Source of the DNA: an uncultured Clostridia bacterium
Lineage (GTDB): Bacteria > Bacillota > Clostridia > Christensenellales > UBA1242
Length of the DNA stretch: 64,000 nucleotides
Direction: 5' to 3'
NCBI GenBank assembly: GCA_944380265.1
Contig: CALWGY010000005.1
Coordinates: 2,878 to 66,877, forward strand
Position 1 is the stretch's first letter; every line of letters begins with the position of its first letter. Positions 9,951 to 19,416 of this stretch are shown here, in pieces. The notes below the pieces were generated by a model, which worked only from the letters and a program-made list of their open reading frames with translations, did not search any database and was not told where the DNA came from. Made by a program: the position numbers and the translations under genes.

Positions 9951-10556
9951 ATGAAAAATAAAAAAATACTAAACATTTGTTTGTTAACTTTTGGGTTAAT
10001 AACACTAATAACTTTCATTTTGCCAATTAAAAAGTTTGAGTTTGTGGGGCAGGAACACACATTTATTAATGTTATGTTTTATTTGTTTAGTTCAATTATG
10101 GTGCTAATGCTGGTGCTATTAATTGTTTTTTCCATAATAAATTTGTTTAAGGATAATTACACCTTTGTAAAAATTATGGAAATGGCGGCTCTTGTTGGGT
10201 TTTTAATGAATTTTGTTGTGTTGCTTATTTTTGCGTGTTCTTCTGCGTGCAGGGTTTGCGTTGGATATTTAATTGTTTCAATTGAAATGTTTATTTGTGC
10301 AAACTTCAGCCAAATGGCAAGGTTGTTCAGTTCAAGCAAGGAAATGAAAGAAAACTTAAAAACAGTTTTGCCAAGGGGTGGAATGCAAAAATCACAAAAA
10401 AATTCCAAACAAAAAACTACTGAAAATTTAGGGTTTGTTAAAAATGAAGGTTCAACCAATAAAAACCATGCTGAACAAGTGGAAGTTGCTTTTGAAGAAG
10501 ATGATGTAAAACAAACAACCAATGCCGAAACTAAAAATGAAAACGGCATTAATTAA
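9951..10556 (+). CDS. Membrane protein (about 4 TM) with a polar disordered C-terminal tail, function unknown
   Basis: AAGGGAG RBS and hydrophobic helices. I recognise no family. Confidence 0.5.
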   Translation: MKNKKILNICLLTFGLITLITFILPIKKFEFVGQEHTFINVMFYLFSSIMVLMLVLLIVFSIINLFKDNYTFVKIMEMAALVGFLMNFVVLLIFACSSACRVCVGYLIVSIEMFICANFSQMARLFSSSKEMKENLKTVLPRGGMQKSQKNSKQKTTENLGFVKNEGSTNKNHAEQVEVAFEEDDVKQTTNAETKNENGIN

Positions 10557-10577
10557 TTTAAGTTTTAATTAAATAAA

Positions 10578-10617
10578 AAAAATAACTTACAATTTGCCTG
10601 CTTGTAAGTTATTTTTT
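10578..10617 (+). terminator. Rho-independent terminator
   Basis: AATAACTTACA ... TGTAAGTTATT followed by a T-run. Confidence 0.6.
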
Positions 10618-10955
10618 ACCACTTAAAAAAGGTATTAAAATGTGTTTTTATTTATAAAAAAAATAATTAAATAAATTGAATAGTATTTCTACAATTTATT
10701 TTAATATTTTACATTGTGTAATTGTTTATTTAATGTTGTTTTACATAAAATAATTGTAAAAAATGTGGTAATGTGATAATATATATTATACATATAACTT
10801 TAAGTAATGTGTTTTAAATTAAGTTTTTAAATTTTAAACATAAAAAACCTAATTTTTTTAGGGCTTTAAAGTTAAAATGTGGTAAATTTGGAAAACAAAA
10901 AATAATAAAAATGGGCATTGTTGCATATTAATGTAACAACAATTAAAAGGCAAAA

Positions 10956-12482
10956 ATGAAAAAGGTTATTAAATTTTTCACGTCATCAAAATTTTTACTT
11001 GCGCTAACGTTTTTAATAAACGTTGCTATTTTTGCACTTATAACAATTTTTATTGGTTCTTATGTTTACACCTTGTTTTCCATTTTAGCACTTTTAATTT
11101 TAATTGGCTTTTTAAACAGAGATAACGAAAGTCCATCATACAAAATTATGTGGATAGTAATTATTGTTATAATGCCACTGTTTGGTGTTGCACTTTACAT
11201 ACAATTAAAAACAACTCGTGGTTCAAAACGCCAACGAAAGCGTTTCCAAAACATATATTACACATCATATAAATATTTGGAACAAAACCCAGACACAATG
11301 GAAGTTTTAAACAAGTTTGATGGTGGGGCTGCAAACTTATCAAAATATTTAACTAACACCGAAAAATGGCCAGTTTATTCCGACACAACAACCACATTTT
11401 TAAAAGATGGTGAAGCATATTTTAACGCACTTTTTGAAGAACTTAAAAACGCAAAAAAATTCATATTTTTAGAATATTTCATAATTGAACCAGGCAAAGT
11501 TTGGGAAGAAATGTTTAATATTTTAAGGTTTAAAGCCCGTGAAGGTGTTGAAATAAAACTTATCTATGATGACTTTGGCTGTGTTGACCGATTTGATGAC
11601 AAAAAGTTTTTTAAAAAATTAATTAACCATGGCATTGATGCCGTTTCATTTAACAGAATAATTCCAACATTAAACACTTTTTCGCAATATCGTGACCACC
11701 GCAAAATTGTGGTTATTGATGGAAAGGTTGCATTCACTGGCGGAATTAATGTTGGTGATGAATATGCAAATGTTAAGAAAAAGTATGGACATTGGAAAGA
11801 TACCGCAGTAAAAATTACAGGGGCTGCAACTTGGAGCTTTACTGTTATGTTTTTAAACAACTGGCAAGCATCAACCAAAAAAGCAATTGACATTTCAAAA
11901 TATAAAGTTGAAACAGAAAAAAGTGTTAAGATTAAAGAGTTTGTTCAACCTTATGGCACAGGCCCAATAACAAAATCGCCAATTGCCAGAAATACTTTTA
12001 TGAAAGTTATTAGCGGGGCTAGAAAATATATTTATTTAACAACACCATATTTCATTATTGACCACGAAATGATGCAAACATTAAAACTTGCAGCACTAAG
12101 TGGTGTTGATGTTAGACTTATCATGCCGGGCATTCCAGACAAAAAATGGGTGTTCTATTTAAGCAGGTCATATTATGCTGAACTAATTAAATCTGGCGTT
12201 AAAATTTTTGAATACAGTCCGGGTTTTGTTCATGCAAAAATGATTGTTACAGATGACACAACGGCAATTGTTGGAAGTACAAATTTTGATTTTAGAAGTT
12301 TATATTTGCACTTTGAAGCAGGCGTTATAGTGCACAATTCAAAAACAGTTTCAACCATAAAACAAGATGTTGATGGAATTATGGGAAGCAGTCATCAAAT
12401 AACACTTAGAGATGTTAAACAACGCAAATGGTACGAAAAACTTTCGGCACAATTCTTAAAGTTCTTTGCACCATTAATGTAA
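10956..12482 (+). CDS. cls: Cardiolipin synthase (PLD superfamily, two HKD motifs)
   Basis: HRKIVVIDG...GGINVGDEY and HAKMIVTDD...GSTNFD, with N-terminal TM helices. Confidence 0.9.
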   Translation: MKKVIKFFTSSKFLLALTFLINVAIFALITIFIGSYVYTLFSILALLILIGFLNRDNESPSYKIMWIVIIVIMPLFGVALYIQLKTTRGSKRQRKRFQNIYYTSYKYLEQNPDTMEVLNKFDGGAANLSKYLTNTEKWPVYSDTTTTFLKDGEAYFNALFEELKNAKKFIFLEYFIIEPGKVWEEMFNILRFKAREGVEIKLIYDDFGCVDRFDDKKFFKKLINHGIDAVSFNRIIPTLNTFSQYRDHRKIVVIDGKVAFTGGINVGDEYANVKKKYGHWKDTAVKITGAATWSFTVMFLNNWQASTKKAIDISKYKVETEKSVKIKEFVQPYGTGPITKSPIARNTFMKVISGARKYIYLTTPYFIIDHEMMQTLKLAALSGVDVRLIMPGIPDKKWVFYLSRSYYAELIKSGVKIFEYSPGFVHAKMIVTDDTTAIVGSTNFDFRSLYLHFEAGVIVHNSKTVSTIKQDVDGIMGSSHQITLRDVKQRKWYEKLSAQFLKFFAPLM

Positions 12483-12494
12483 AAAATCAAAATA

Positions 12495-12522
12495 AAAAAA
12501 AGACCAGTTTTGGTCTTTTTTT
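12495..12522 (+). terminator. Rho-independent terminator after cls
   Basis: AAAAGACCA-GTTT-TGGTCTTTT followed by a T-run. Confidence 0.65.
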
Positions 12523-12611
12523 GTTTTTGGTATATTAAAAAATATACCCATTAAATTTTAGAAAATTAAAATTATAACTAAAAATTTTAAATTAAAAAAT
12601 AAAATAATAAA

Positions 12612-13433
12612 TCAAAGTTTAAAAAACTTTTCTAAAAACACAGCAACACCACTTTCATCGTTTGTTTTTGTAACAAAATCGGCAGATTTTTTAAGGTCGT
12701 TTAAACTGTTTTCCATAGCAACATCTGTGCCAGAAATTTTAAACATGCTAAAATCGTTGCAACTATCGCCAATTGATACAACATTTTTTTTGTCAACGTT
12801 TAAGTAATCAACAAAAAAATTTAGTGCATTTCCTTTTGAAACATCTTTGTTGTTTATGTCAATAAAAAATTTTTCGTTGGGGGAACATGGAGCAAGTGGG
12901 TCATACAACACGTTTGACATGTGGGCTATTTTAATTTCTTTAAATTTTTGAATTTTTTTAATTAAAGTTTGAAGCTTTTGTTTATTATAACTTTCAATGC
13001 AAAACTTAATTATTGGCAAGGTTTTTAAAATTTGTTTTAGTTGTTTTGTGTTAATAATTTCGCTTAAAACTTCGGTTTCAAATTCGCGGTTTTTAAAGGT
13101 TACATCGGCACTTTCAATAAAAGCATCACATTCAAGTTTGTTTGCAAGTTTAAAAATTTTTAACACAAGTTTGTTTGGTATGCTTTTTAAAAACAGTATT
13201 TCGTTTGTTTTTTGATTTTTAATTAATGCTCCATTGGAAGAAATAACAAAATCGCTGTCAGATAACTGGTTGGAAATGTTTTTTACAAACCTAAAACTTC
13301 TGCCTGAAGTTAAAACAAATTCAACATTTTTATCTTTTAACTTTTTAACTGTTTGCTTCGTTTGTTTTGTAATTTTTAAGTTTGATGTTAAAAGTGTTCC
13401 ATCTAAGTCGCAAAAAACAATGCCGTTAATCAT
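12612..13433 (-). CDS. Cof-type HAD-IIB family hydrolase (sugar phosphatase-like)
   Basis: FCDLDGTLL (motif I), TSGR (motif II), GDSCNDFSMF (motif IV). Confidence 0.85.
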   Translation of the reverse strand: MINGIVFCDLDGTLLTSNLKITKQTKQTVKKLKDKNVEFVLTSGRSFRFVKNISNQLSDSDFVISSNGALIKNQKTNEILFLKSIPNKLVLKIFKLANKLECDAFIESADVTFKNREFETEVLSEIINTKQLKQILKTLPIIKFCIESYNKQKLQTLIKKIQKFKEIKIAHMSNVLYDPLAPCSPNEKFFIDINNKDVSKGNALNFFVDYLNVDKKNVVSIGDSCNDFSMFKISGTDVAMENSLNDLKKSADFVTKTNDESGVAVFLEKFFKL

Positions 13434-13656
13434 AAGTTTTATCCTTTAAAAGTTTTTAGTAAGTTTATCAAACAAAAATTTTAATGGCAACAAAATTTAA
13501 AAACAACCGTTTTGTTTGTGTTATTATTGTATGTTTAGAAATGTTCCTTTGTTTGTGCTGTTATTAACAAAAAACATAAACTTTGATTGTGTTGTTGTAA
13601 AGAAATTCTAACTTTGCTTGTTTTAATATTATAAAAAAACACCGTTTGGTGTTTTT

Positions 13657-13956
13657 TTAGTTCCAATATTTTGGATTTGTTGATGCTTTTGTAATTTGCC
13701 CAGACAAATGCTTTTTTGCTTTGTTAAAGTAAACAAGTGCAACCACTTGCAAAACCACTCCAATAAACAACAATGCAACAATAATAACAGTTAAAATAAG
13801 GTTTTCAATTTTTTCAATGTTGAACCAAATATCCAACCCCAAACCTGCACCCAAAAAAAGTAGTGCAAAAAGTTGATATAACAATGCATTACGCCTTAAT
13901 TTTTTTATTAACTCTCTTCTTTTTAAAAGATATTGTTGTGTGCTTTGTGTGTTCAT
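13657..13956 (-). CDS. Small two-TM membrane protein, function unknown
   Basis: AAAGGAAA RBS, two hydrophobic helices, and a terminator hairpin overlapping the stop codon. Confidence 0.45.
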   Translation of the reverse strand: MNTQSTQQYLLKRRELIKKLRRNALLYQLFALLFLGAGLGLDIWFNIEKIENLILTVIIVALLFIGVVLQVVALVYFNKAKKHLSGQITKASTNPKYWN

Positions 13957-14147
13957 TTTGTTTTCCTTTTAATAACACTAAAATTTTATTAAAGTAACCA
14001 AAAGTTAAATGTGAAAATACTTTGGGTTACTTGTGTTTATGTTTAATTTCTAATAATAGTATATATAACTTTAATCATTTAATCAATACTAAATTATTTA
14101 TTTTTTTATTTTAAAACATTTAATTAATTTGTTTAGTACATGTTGTG

Positions 14148-14774
14148 TTAGTTGATTTTTAAATTTTTTAAGTTGTTTTTCCAATAGTTTTCATCAATGC
14201 CAAACTCACAAAAAGCAGGCATATGAAAAATAAAAAATATATCTGCAAGGTCATAACCCAAATCAACAAGTTCTTTTAATTTTTTGTTTTTTAACATTTC
14301 TTGTGTGCAATTTTTAACCGAAACTTGCCCTAAGTCCTGATATTTTTTAAATTCCAGCACACATTCCAACTTGTCAATTGCTTTTGCAAAACGTGCCTCT
14401 TTTGTGGTTTGATTGTTAAATTCATCGGTTAAACTTACAATTGAATTTTTTAGTTTTAAGCCTTTAACAATTTCACAAACAAAGGAGCGGGCTTCGTTTT
14501 TCAAATCAGATTTGTTAACAGAATCAAGTGGGGTAACATCTCCAATTTTTATTTCTTCTAATTCATGAATTGTTAGCATTTCTAAGGTTTTTTCTAGGTT
14601 TATGTCAAGTTTTAGTTCTGAGTGCAAAGCAATTGCCAAAATTAAACAACCATATGTGTGTTCTGCAATGCTTTCTAGTCTTGGTTTGTTAACATTCCAT
14701 TGCACGGCACCTTGACGCAACATATCTTTTAATTTTGTTGCTGTGTAATAAAACTTAAATGCATCATCTAACAT
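14148..14774 (-). CDS. HD-domain phosphohydrolase (YfbR/HD_3-like)
   Basis: ESIAEHTYGCLILA and HELEEIKIGDVTP (H...HD-like metal ligands); GGAGAA RBS. Confidence 0.75.
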   Translation of the reverse strand: MLDDAFKFYYTATKLKDMLRQGAVQWNVNKPRLESIAEHTYGCLILAIALHSELKLDINLEKTLEMLTIHELEEIKIGDVTPLDSVNKSDLKNEARSFVCEIVKGLKLKNSIVSLTDEFNNQTTKEARFAKAIDKLECVLEFKKYQDLGQVSVKNCTQEMLKNKKLKELVDLGYDLADIFFIFHMPAFCEFGIDENYWKNNLKNLKIN

Positions 14775-14816
14775 AACGGTTTCTCCAAAAACAAATTTTC
14801 AATTATAAAATTATTG

Positions 14817-15332
14817 TTAATCTTCAACATATTTTTTAAATTCATCTGCAATTTTTAAACTGTTGGTTTTAAATTCATCAAACAAATCCTGATTACCACT
14901 AATGTTTGAATAAACTTTACTTTGCATAACGGCATCTAATTTGTCAATTTTTTTAACAAATTGGGCTTCCATAGTTTTTCCTTCTTCATATTCTTGCCAA
15001 ATGCTTAAAATTTCTGGCATGCCACATTCTTTTGCCAGCCGTTCAACACATTTTTGTTCGTTTTCGTGTTTAACAACGCTTGGAATGTGTTCGTGTGGGG
15101 TGTGGTCACCATAGTCAATTTCACCAAGTTCATGAAAAAGTATCATTTTTAAAACTTTTTCTTGGTTTAGTTTAAGGCTTTCTTTTGTGATAATTTCAAG
15201 TGCTAAAATTGCCATGGAAAAAGTGTGTTCAGCATCACTTTCAACACGAGCATAGTCTCCAACATTCCTCATTAACCAGCCTTTTCGTAAAATTGTTTTT
15301 AGTTTGTAAATTTCGGTGTAAAGTTTACTCAT
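14817..15332 (-). CDS. HD-domain phosphohydrolase (YfbR/HD_3-like), paralogue of the neighbouring gene
   Basis: ESDAEHTFSMAILA and HELGEIDYGDHTP; AGGAGA RBS. Confidence 0.8.
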   Translation of the reverse strand: MSKLYTEIYKLKTILRKGWLMRNVGDYARVESDAEHTFSMAILALEIITKESLKLNQEKVLKMILFHELGEIDYGDHTPHEHIPSVVKHENEQKCVERLAKECGMPEILSIWQEYEEGKTMEAQFVKKIDKLDAVMQSKVYSNISGNQDLFDEFKTNSLKIADEFKKYVED

Positions 15333-15519
15333 TGCGTTCTCCTAGTGTTACTTTAAATAAATTCCTTGATATTATAGCATAAATATAAAATTATTTATCA
15401 ATAAAAAAACAAATACTTTAAAAGTGTTAGTAATTTGCTTTATTATAAGAAATTTTGTTGTTTAACTTTTCTACAAATGCTATACTGCTAAAAGTTAAAA
15501 ATCAAGAAAAGGAGAAAAT

Positions 15520-16815
15520 ATGAATTTAAATTTCACAAAGTTAAAATCTGTTAAAATTGCTAGTTATGTTTTATTAGGTTTGTTTTTAGTTGTTACTGTT
15601 TTTAATATGTGTTCACCAACCATAATGTATCAGTTTACGGTGTGGAACAGTTTTGAAAATGTGTTTTTTTCAATTGCTAGGTGGCTTTCTTATTTAATGG
15701 TTGTAACAAGTGTTGTTGCCATTATTTATAAAAGAAAAACCTATCAATTTTTATCAGTGTTTGTTGCAACACCAATGCTAATAATAAGTTTGTGTTCTTC
15801 ATATCAATATTTAAATTTATTTGAAATTTCAACATTTTATGTTGTAACACACTTTTTGTTTAATGTTTTGGGAATAGTTTTGGGTGTTTATATCTTTTTA
15901 GATATGATAATTAATAAGGAAGATAAAAGTTTTTGGCTTAACACATTTTTAAAAACATTGCCATTGTTAATTTTAGGCTTAATTCCTTTAAATATTTTTA
16001 TGCAAAACAACACTCTTATGAATTCTGCATTTTTGCAATATAAAATTTTTGGTGGTTGGCATTTGTTTTTTGTTCTTTTGGCAGTTGCATGTGTGTTTTT
16101 GCTTTACTTTGTTTTAAAAAGAAAAAGTGAAGAAGATGCTCAAAATGTGATGTTTGTTTTGTCGGTGGTAATGGTGTATCAATTGTTAACACGTTTTTCT
16201 GTTGTTTCAACTGGTTCCTATCATTCTCTTTCAAACATATTTGCAGCATTACCACTTTATTTGTGTTCTTTCGGAATTTTGATTTTACCTTTTGCAATTG
16301 CAAGCAAAAATAAAATGTTTCAAACAATATTGTTTTTAGCAAACATGCCAGGAGCATTTGTTGTGTTTGTTTACTTAGATCCGGGTGCAGGGGTTTCAAT
16401 TTTGCATTATAATGTTACCTATTTTGTTTTTAATCATCTACTATTATTTGTTGTTGCAAGTTTGTTGCCAAGATTTTGTAATGCAGAATATAAATTTAAA
16501 AATTTATTGCATTTGTTCTACATTTTAGCAATTTATTTGGCAGTTGTTTCAATTTTGAACAATGTTTGCATACTTAACGGGTTTGATCCTAATTATTCTT
16601 ATGTTTCATTTAGCCCAATTCCATTAGGTCCAATTGCAGAAATTGGGAAATTTACTATTTTTGGAATGACTTTTGCTCCGCTATATTTGTTTATTTTATA
16701 TTTATTTTATATGGCAATTTTTGCATTGGGACTTTGTGTTTATAGGGGAGTTTTGTGGATTTGTCATAAAGTGGGAAACAAAGAAAAACAAAATAAAACC
16801 ATGGCTACTGAATAA
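15520..16815 (+). CDS. Polytopic integral membrane protein (10 or more TM), function unknown
   Basis: AAGGAG RBS and a 431-aa, highly hydrophobic translation. I recognise no family motif. Confidence 0.55.
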   Translation: MNLNFTKLKSVKIASYVLLGLFLVVTVFNMCSPTIMYQFTVWNSFENVFFSIARWLSYLMVVTSVVAIIYKRKTYQFLSVFVATPMLIISLCSSYQYLNLFEISTFYVVTHFLFNVLGIVLGVYIFLDMIINKEDKSFWLNTFLKTLPLLILGLIPLNIFMQNNTLMNSAFLQYKIFGGWHLFFVLLAVACVFLLYFVLKRKSEEDAQNVMFVLSVVMVYQLLTRFSVVSTGSYHSLSNIFAALPLYLCSFGILILPFAIASKNKMFQTILFLANMPGAFVVFVYLDPGAGVSILHYNVTYFVFNHLLLFVVASLLPRFCNAEYKFKNLLHLFYILAIYLAVVSILNNVCILNGFDPNYSYVSFSPIPLGPIAEIGKFTIFGMTFAPLYLFILYLFYMAIFALGLCVYRGVLWICHKVGNKEKQNKTMATE

Positions 16816-16846
16816 AAAAGCAGTGAATTTTCACTGCTTTTTTATT
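16815..16846 (+). terminator. Rho-independent terminator
   Basis: AAGCAGTGA-ATTT-TCACTGCTT followed by a T-run. Confidence 0.65.
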
Positions 16847-16887
16847 TATGAAAATTAATATTTAAATAAAAATTTTATTTTTTAAAA

Positions 16888-17877
16888 TCATAATTCTTTG
16901 TTTTTTAATTTAACTTGTTCCAAAAATTTTTGTGGATTAATTATGCAGTTGTTTTCTTGTGCTGTGTCAATTAAAATTTGTTTTAGTTCGTTTGCACTCA
17001 AACTTGGGTTTAGTTGTTGACCCAAACACAAAATTCCAACAGCATACGGAATTCCCCAACTTAAACCGCCCACACCACTATATATGTATGAAAAATGTTT
17101 ATTATCGTAACTTTCGGCAATTGTGCGGTGCGAGTTTGGAACATGAACTTGTCCTTGTTGCATTCTTTTCATTGGAAGGTGTGGAAATCCGTAATAAAAT
17201 TTGTTGTTATCAATCCAGCCAGCAGAAACAAAGCGGTTACCTTCGGTGCATTCCACAACACAAAGTCCACTTGCTTGTGCTTTTTTAACGGCTTCGTTCC
17301 AAAGATTGTTATAATTTCTCATTTCGGCTCTGCCAGGTGCGGCAGAAACCGAAACAAATTTTATTTTTTTGTTTTCTGGCAAAGTTTTGTTAACTTCCAA
17401 AATTTGCTCTAATGCTTTAACATCATATCTTGCATCTTTTTCCCAACTTGGTGTTGCCCAATAATAAACTTTTGCACCTGGTGCGGTTCCCAAATTTTCG
17501 CCAACCAACAAACTTACAACAGCAGGACCATGCATACTGCTGATGTTGGAATTTTTTACAAGATTTGTGTAACTTGCAATTTTTCCTTTATATTCTGGGT
17601 GGTCAAGCGCCAATGGTTGGTCAATAATTGCAACATTAACGTTTTTTCCAGTAATGCCCATTTTGTGAATTTCCTTAATGCCCAGTGGCGGTGTTTTTGC
17701 CTCCTGCAAAATTTTTGTTGCAGGTTCTGGGTTAGAAAAAATTGTGTTTTCATTAAAAGATAATGTTTTTAAAATTTCAAGTGATGGGGTTTCAATTGTG
17801 TCTTGAACCTGATTTAAGTCATAACCATCTGTAAACTTACTAACCCTAACATCATCAAATTTTTCAACTTTTTTCAT
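16888..17877 (-). CDS. Subtilisin-like (S8-like) serine peptidase without a signal peptide
   Basis: Candidate Asp/His/Ser triad contexts: VNVAIIDQ, SSMHGPAVVS, and SGVGGLSWGIPYAVG (compare GTSMAxP). GAGGTG RBS. Confidence 0.5.
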   Translation of the reverse strand: MKKVEKFDDVRVSKFTDGYDLNQVQDTIETPSLEILKTLSFNENTIFSNPEPATKILQEAKTPPLGIKEIHKMGITGKNVNVAIIDQPLALDHPEYKGKIASYTNLVKNSNISSMHGPAVVSLLVGENLGTAPGAKVYYWATPSWEKDARYDVKALEQILEVNKTLPENKKIKFVSVSAAPGRAEMRNYNNLWNEAVKKAQASGLCVVECTEGNRFVSAGWIDNNKFYYGFPHLPMKRMQQGQVHVPNSHRTIAESYDNKHFSYIYSGVGGLSWGIPYAVGILCLGQQLNPSLSANELKQILIDTAQENNCIINPQKFLEQVKLKNKEL

Positions 17878-18125
17878 GGTTGCACCTCAAAATTTGTGTT
17901 GCTTAAAAATTAAATGTGGTTTAAAACATCAAATTTCAGCAACTGGTGGTTGTTTGCACAGCGATGTTGTGCAAAAGCACAAAAATTCGGCAGAATTTTT
18001 TAAAATTTTACCTTCGTAAAATTTTAACATCGCTGTTTAACGCTAAACACATTATATCACAAACAAATTTAATATTACCATAAACAAACAAAAAAAAGTT
18101 CCAAATTAGGAACTAAAATTTGTTA

Positions 18126-18200
18126 TGGTAGCCCTATGGGGAATCGAACCCCAGATTCCACCGTGAGAGGGTGGCGTCTTAACCTCTTGACCATAGGGCC
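18126..18200 (-). tRNA. tRNA-Glu (anticodon CUC), CCA encoded
   Basis: The reverse complement is GGCCCTATGGTCAAGAGGTTAAGACGCCACCCTCTCACGGTGGAATCTGGGGTTCGATTCCCCATAGGGCTACCA. It folds as a cloverleaf with anticodon arm CCACC-CTCTCAC-GGTGG, T-arm TGGGG-TTCGATT-CCCCA, and a Glu-type D-arm. Confidence 0.85.
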
Positions 18201-18365
18201 AAACTTAAACTTGCTTTAAAAAATTGCAATTAAAGTATATATGAATTTAATGCTAAAAGCAACATCTTTTTTATTTTAACTTTTCAATTAATATTTTTTT
18301 TGATAATATATAAGTATTAAACAAAATGTTGTTATTTGTAAAAATTCAACAGTTAAGGAGTTAAT

Positions 18366-18899
18366 ATGTTAAAAAATAGTAAAGGGATCAAATTTTTTAG
18401 TGTGCTTTGTTACCTAATTGGCCTTACTGCACTAGGCTTTTTCATTTATGAAATGGTAACATTAAAAGGCGAGTATGCAGAAAACTTGGGGCTAATTATT
18501 GGGCTTGGTGTTGGTGCAGTAATGTTTTTGTTAATTGCTCTTGTTTTAAATCCACCAAAAATGTTTAACCGAAAAACATTTAATTTTGTTTGCGGACTTG
18601 TGCTTTTTGCTTTTGCAGGCGTTTCACTTGCCTTTATGATTTATTCTTGTGTTACAAATTTTGAACTTAAAAACTGCTTGATTTGTGGTGCAGTGTTCAT
18701 TGTTGGAGTTTTGTTTGGAATGTATTTTTTACAAATTGCAAAACAAGAAATTAACATTGATGCAAGAGACAAAAAACAAGAAAAATTGGAAGAAGCAAAA
18801 AAACAGGAAGAACGTGCAAATTTAACAAAGTGCCCATATTGTGGTTGCCGAATTAAACCAGAAGATGACACTTGCCCAAATTGCAAATCTAAACTTTAA
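18366..18899 (+). CDS. Four-TM membrane protein with a Lys/Glu-rich linker and a C-terminal double zinc ribbon
   Basis: AAGGAG RBS; C-terminus CPYCGCRIKPEDDTCPNCKSKL. Confidence 0.6.
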   Translation: MLKNSKGIKFFSVLCYLIGLTALGFFIYEMVTLKGEYAENLGLIIGLGVGAVMFLLIALVLNPPKMFNRKTFNFVCGLVLFAFAGVSLAFMIYSCVTNFELKNCLICGAVFIVGVLFGMYFLQIAKQEINIDARDKKQEKLEEAKKQEERANLTKCPYCGCRIKPEDDTCPNCKSKL

Positions 18900-18941
18900 T
18901 AAAACAAAATTTTAGATATAAAAAATTAAAAGGGAAAGTTT

Positions 18942-19265
18942 ATGGCTAACAGTTTTTTATTGTTTATTTCAAATTTGTTGTTTTCAATGGATATAGATTT
19001 TGACGATTTTTTTGAAGATTCAATGAAAATTGGTCAAATAATTGGAATAGTTTTTGCAGTTATTACAGTGCTTATTATTGTTATGGTTATTGTTAGTGCA
19101 ATTAAAGCAAAAAACAAAACCAGTGGCTACATTAAAAACATAAAAGATAAAATGGTGGAAAAAATTGAAGAACAAAAAACCAAAGACATTTGCGAATATT
19201 GTGGAAGCAAACTAAAACCAGAAGAAAATCGTTGCCCAAACTGCGGAGCACAAAGAAAGAAATAA
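18942..19265 (+). CDS. Single-TM membrane protein with a C-terminal double zinc ribbon
   Basis: AAGGGAAAG RBS; C-terminus CEYCGSKLKPEENRCPNCGAQRKK. Confidence 0.55.
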   Translation: MANSFLLFISNLLFSMDIDFDDFFEDSMKIGQIIGIVFAVITVLIIVMVIVSAIKAKNKTSGYIKNIKDKMVEKIEEQKTKDICEYCGSKLKPEENRCPNCGAQRKK

Positions 19266-19282
19266 TTAAAATTAGAAAAACA

Positions 19283-19311
19283 AAAAAAACACCAATGTTG
19301 GTGTTTTTTTG
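19283..19311. terminator. Rho-independent terminator (A-run and T-run flanked)
   Basis: AACACCA-ATGT-TGGTGTT flanked by an A-run and a T-run. Confidence 0.65.
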
Positions 19312-19416
19312 TGTTTGTTTTTGTTAGGTTTGTTTTTCAAATTTATTATTTTTTTTGTGTGATTAAACAAAATTTTTAATGCTTATTTTAAAATTTAAAC
19401 AAAGTTAACTTATCAA

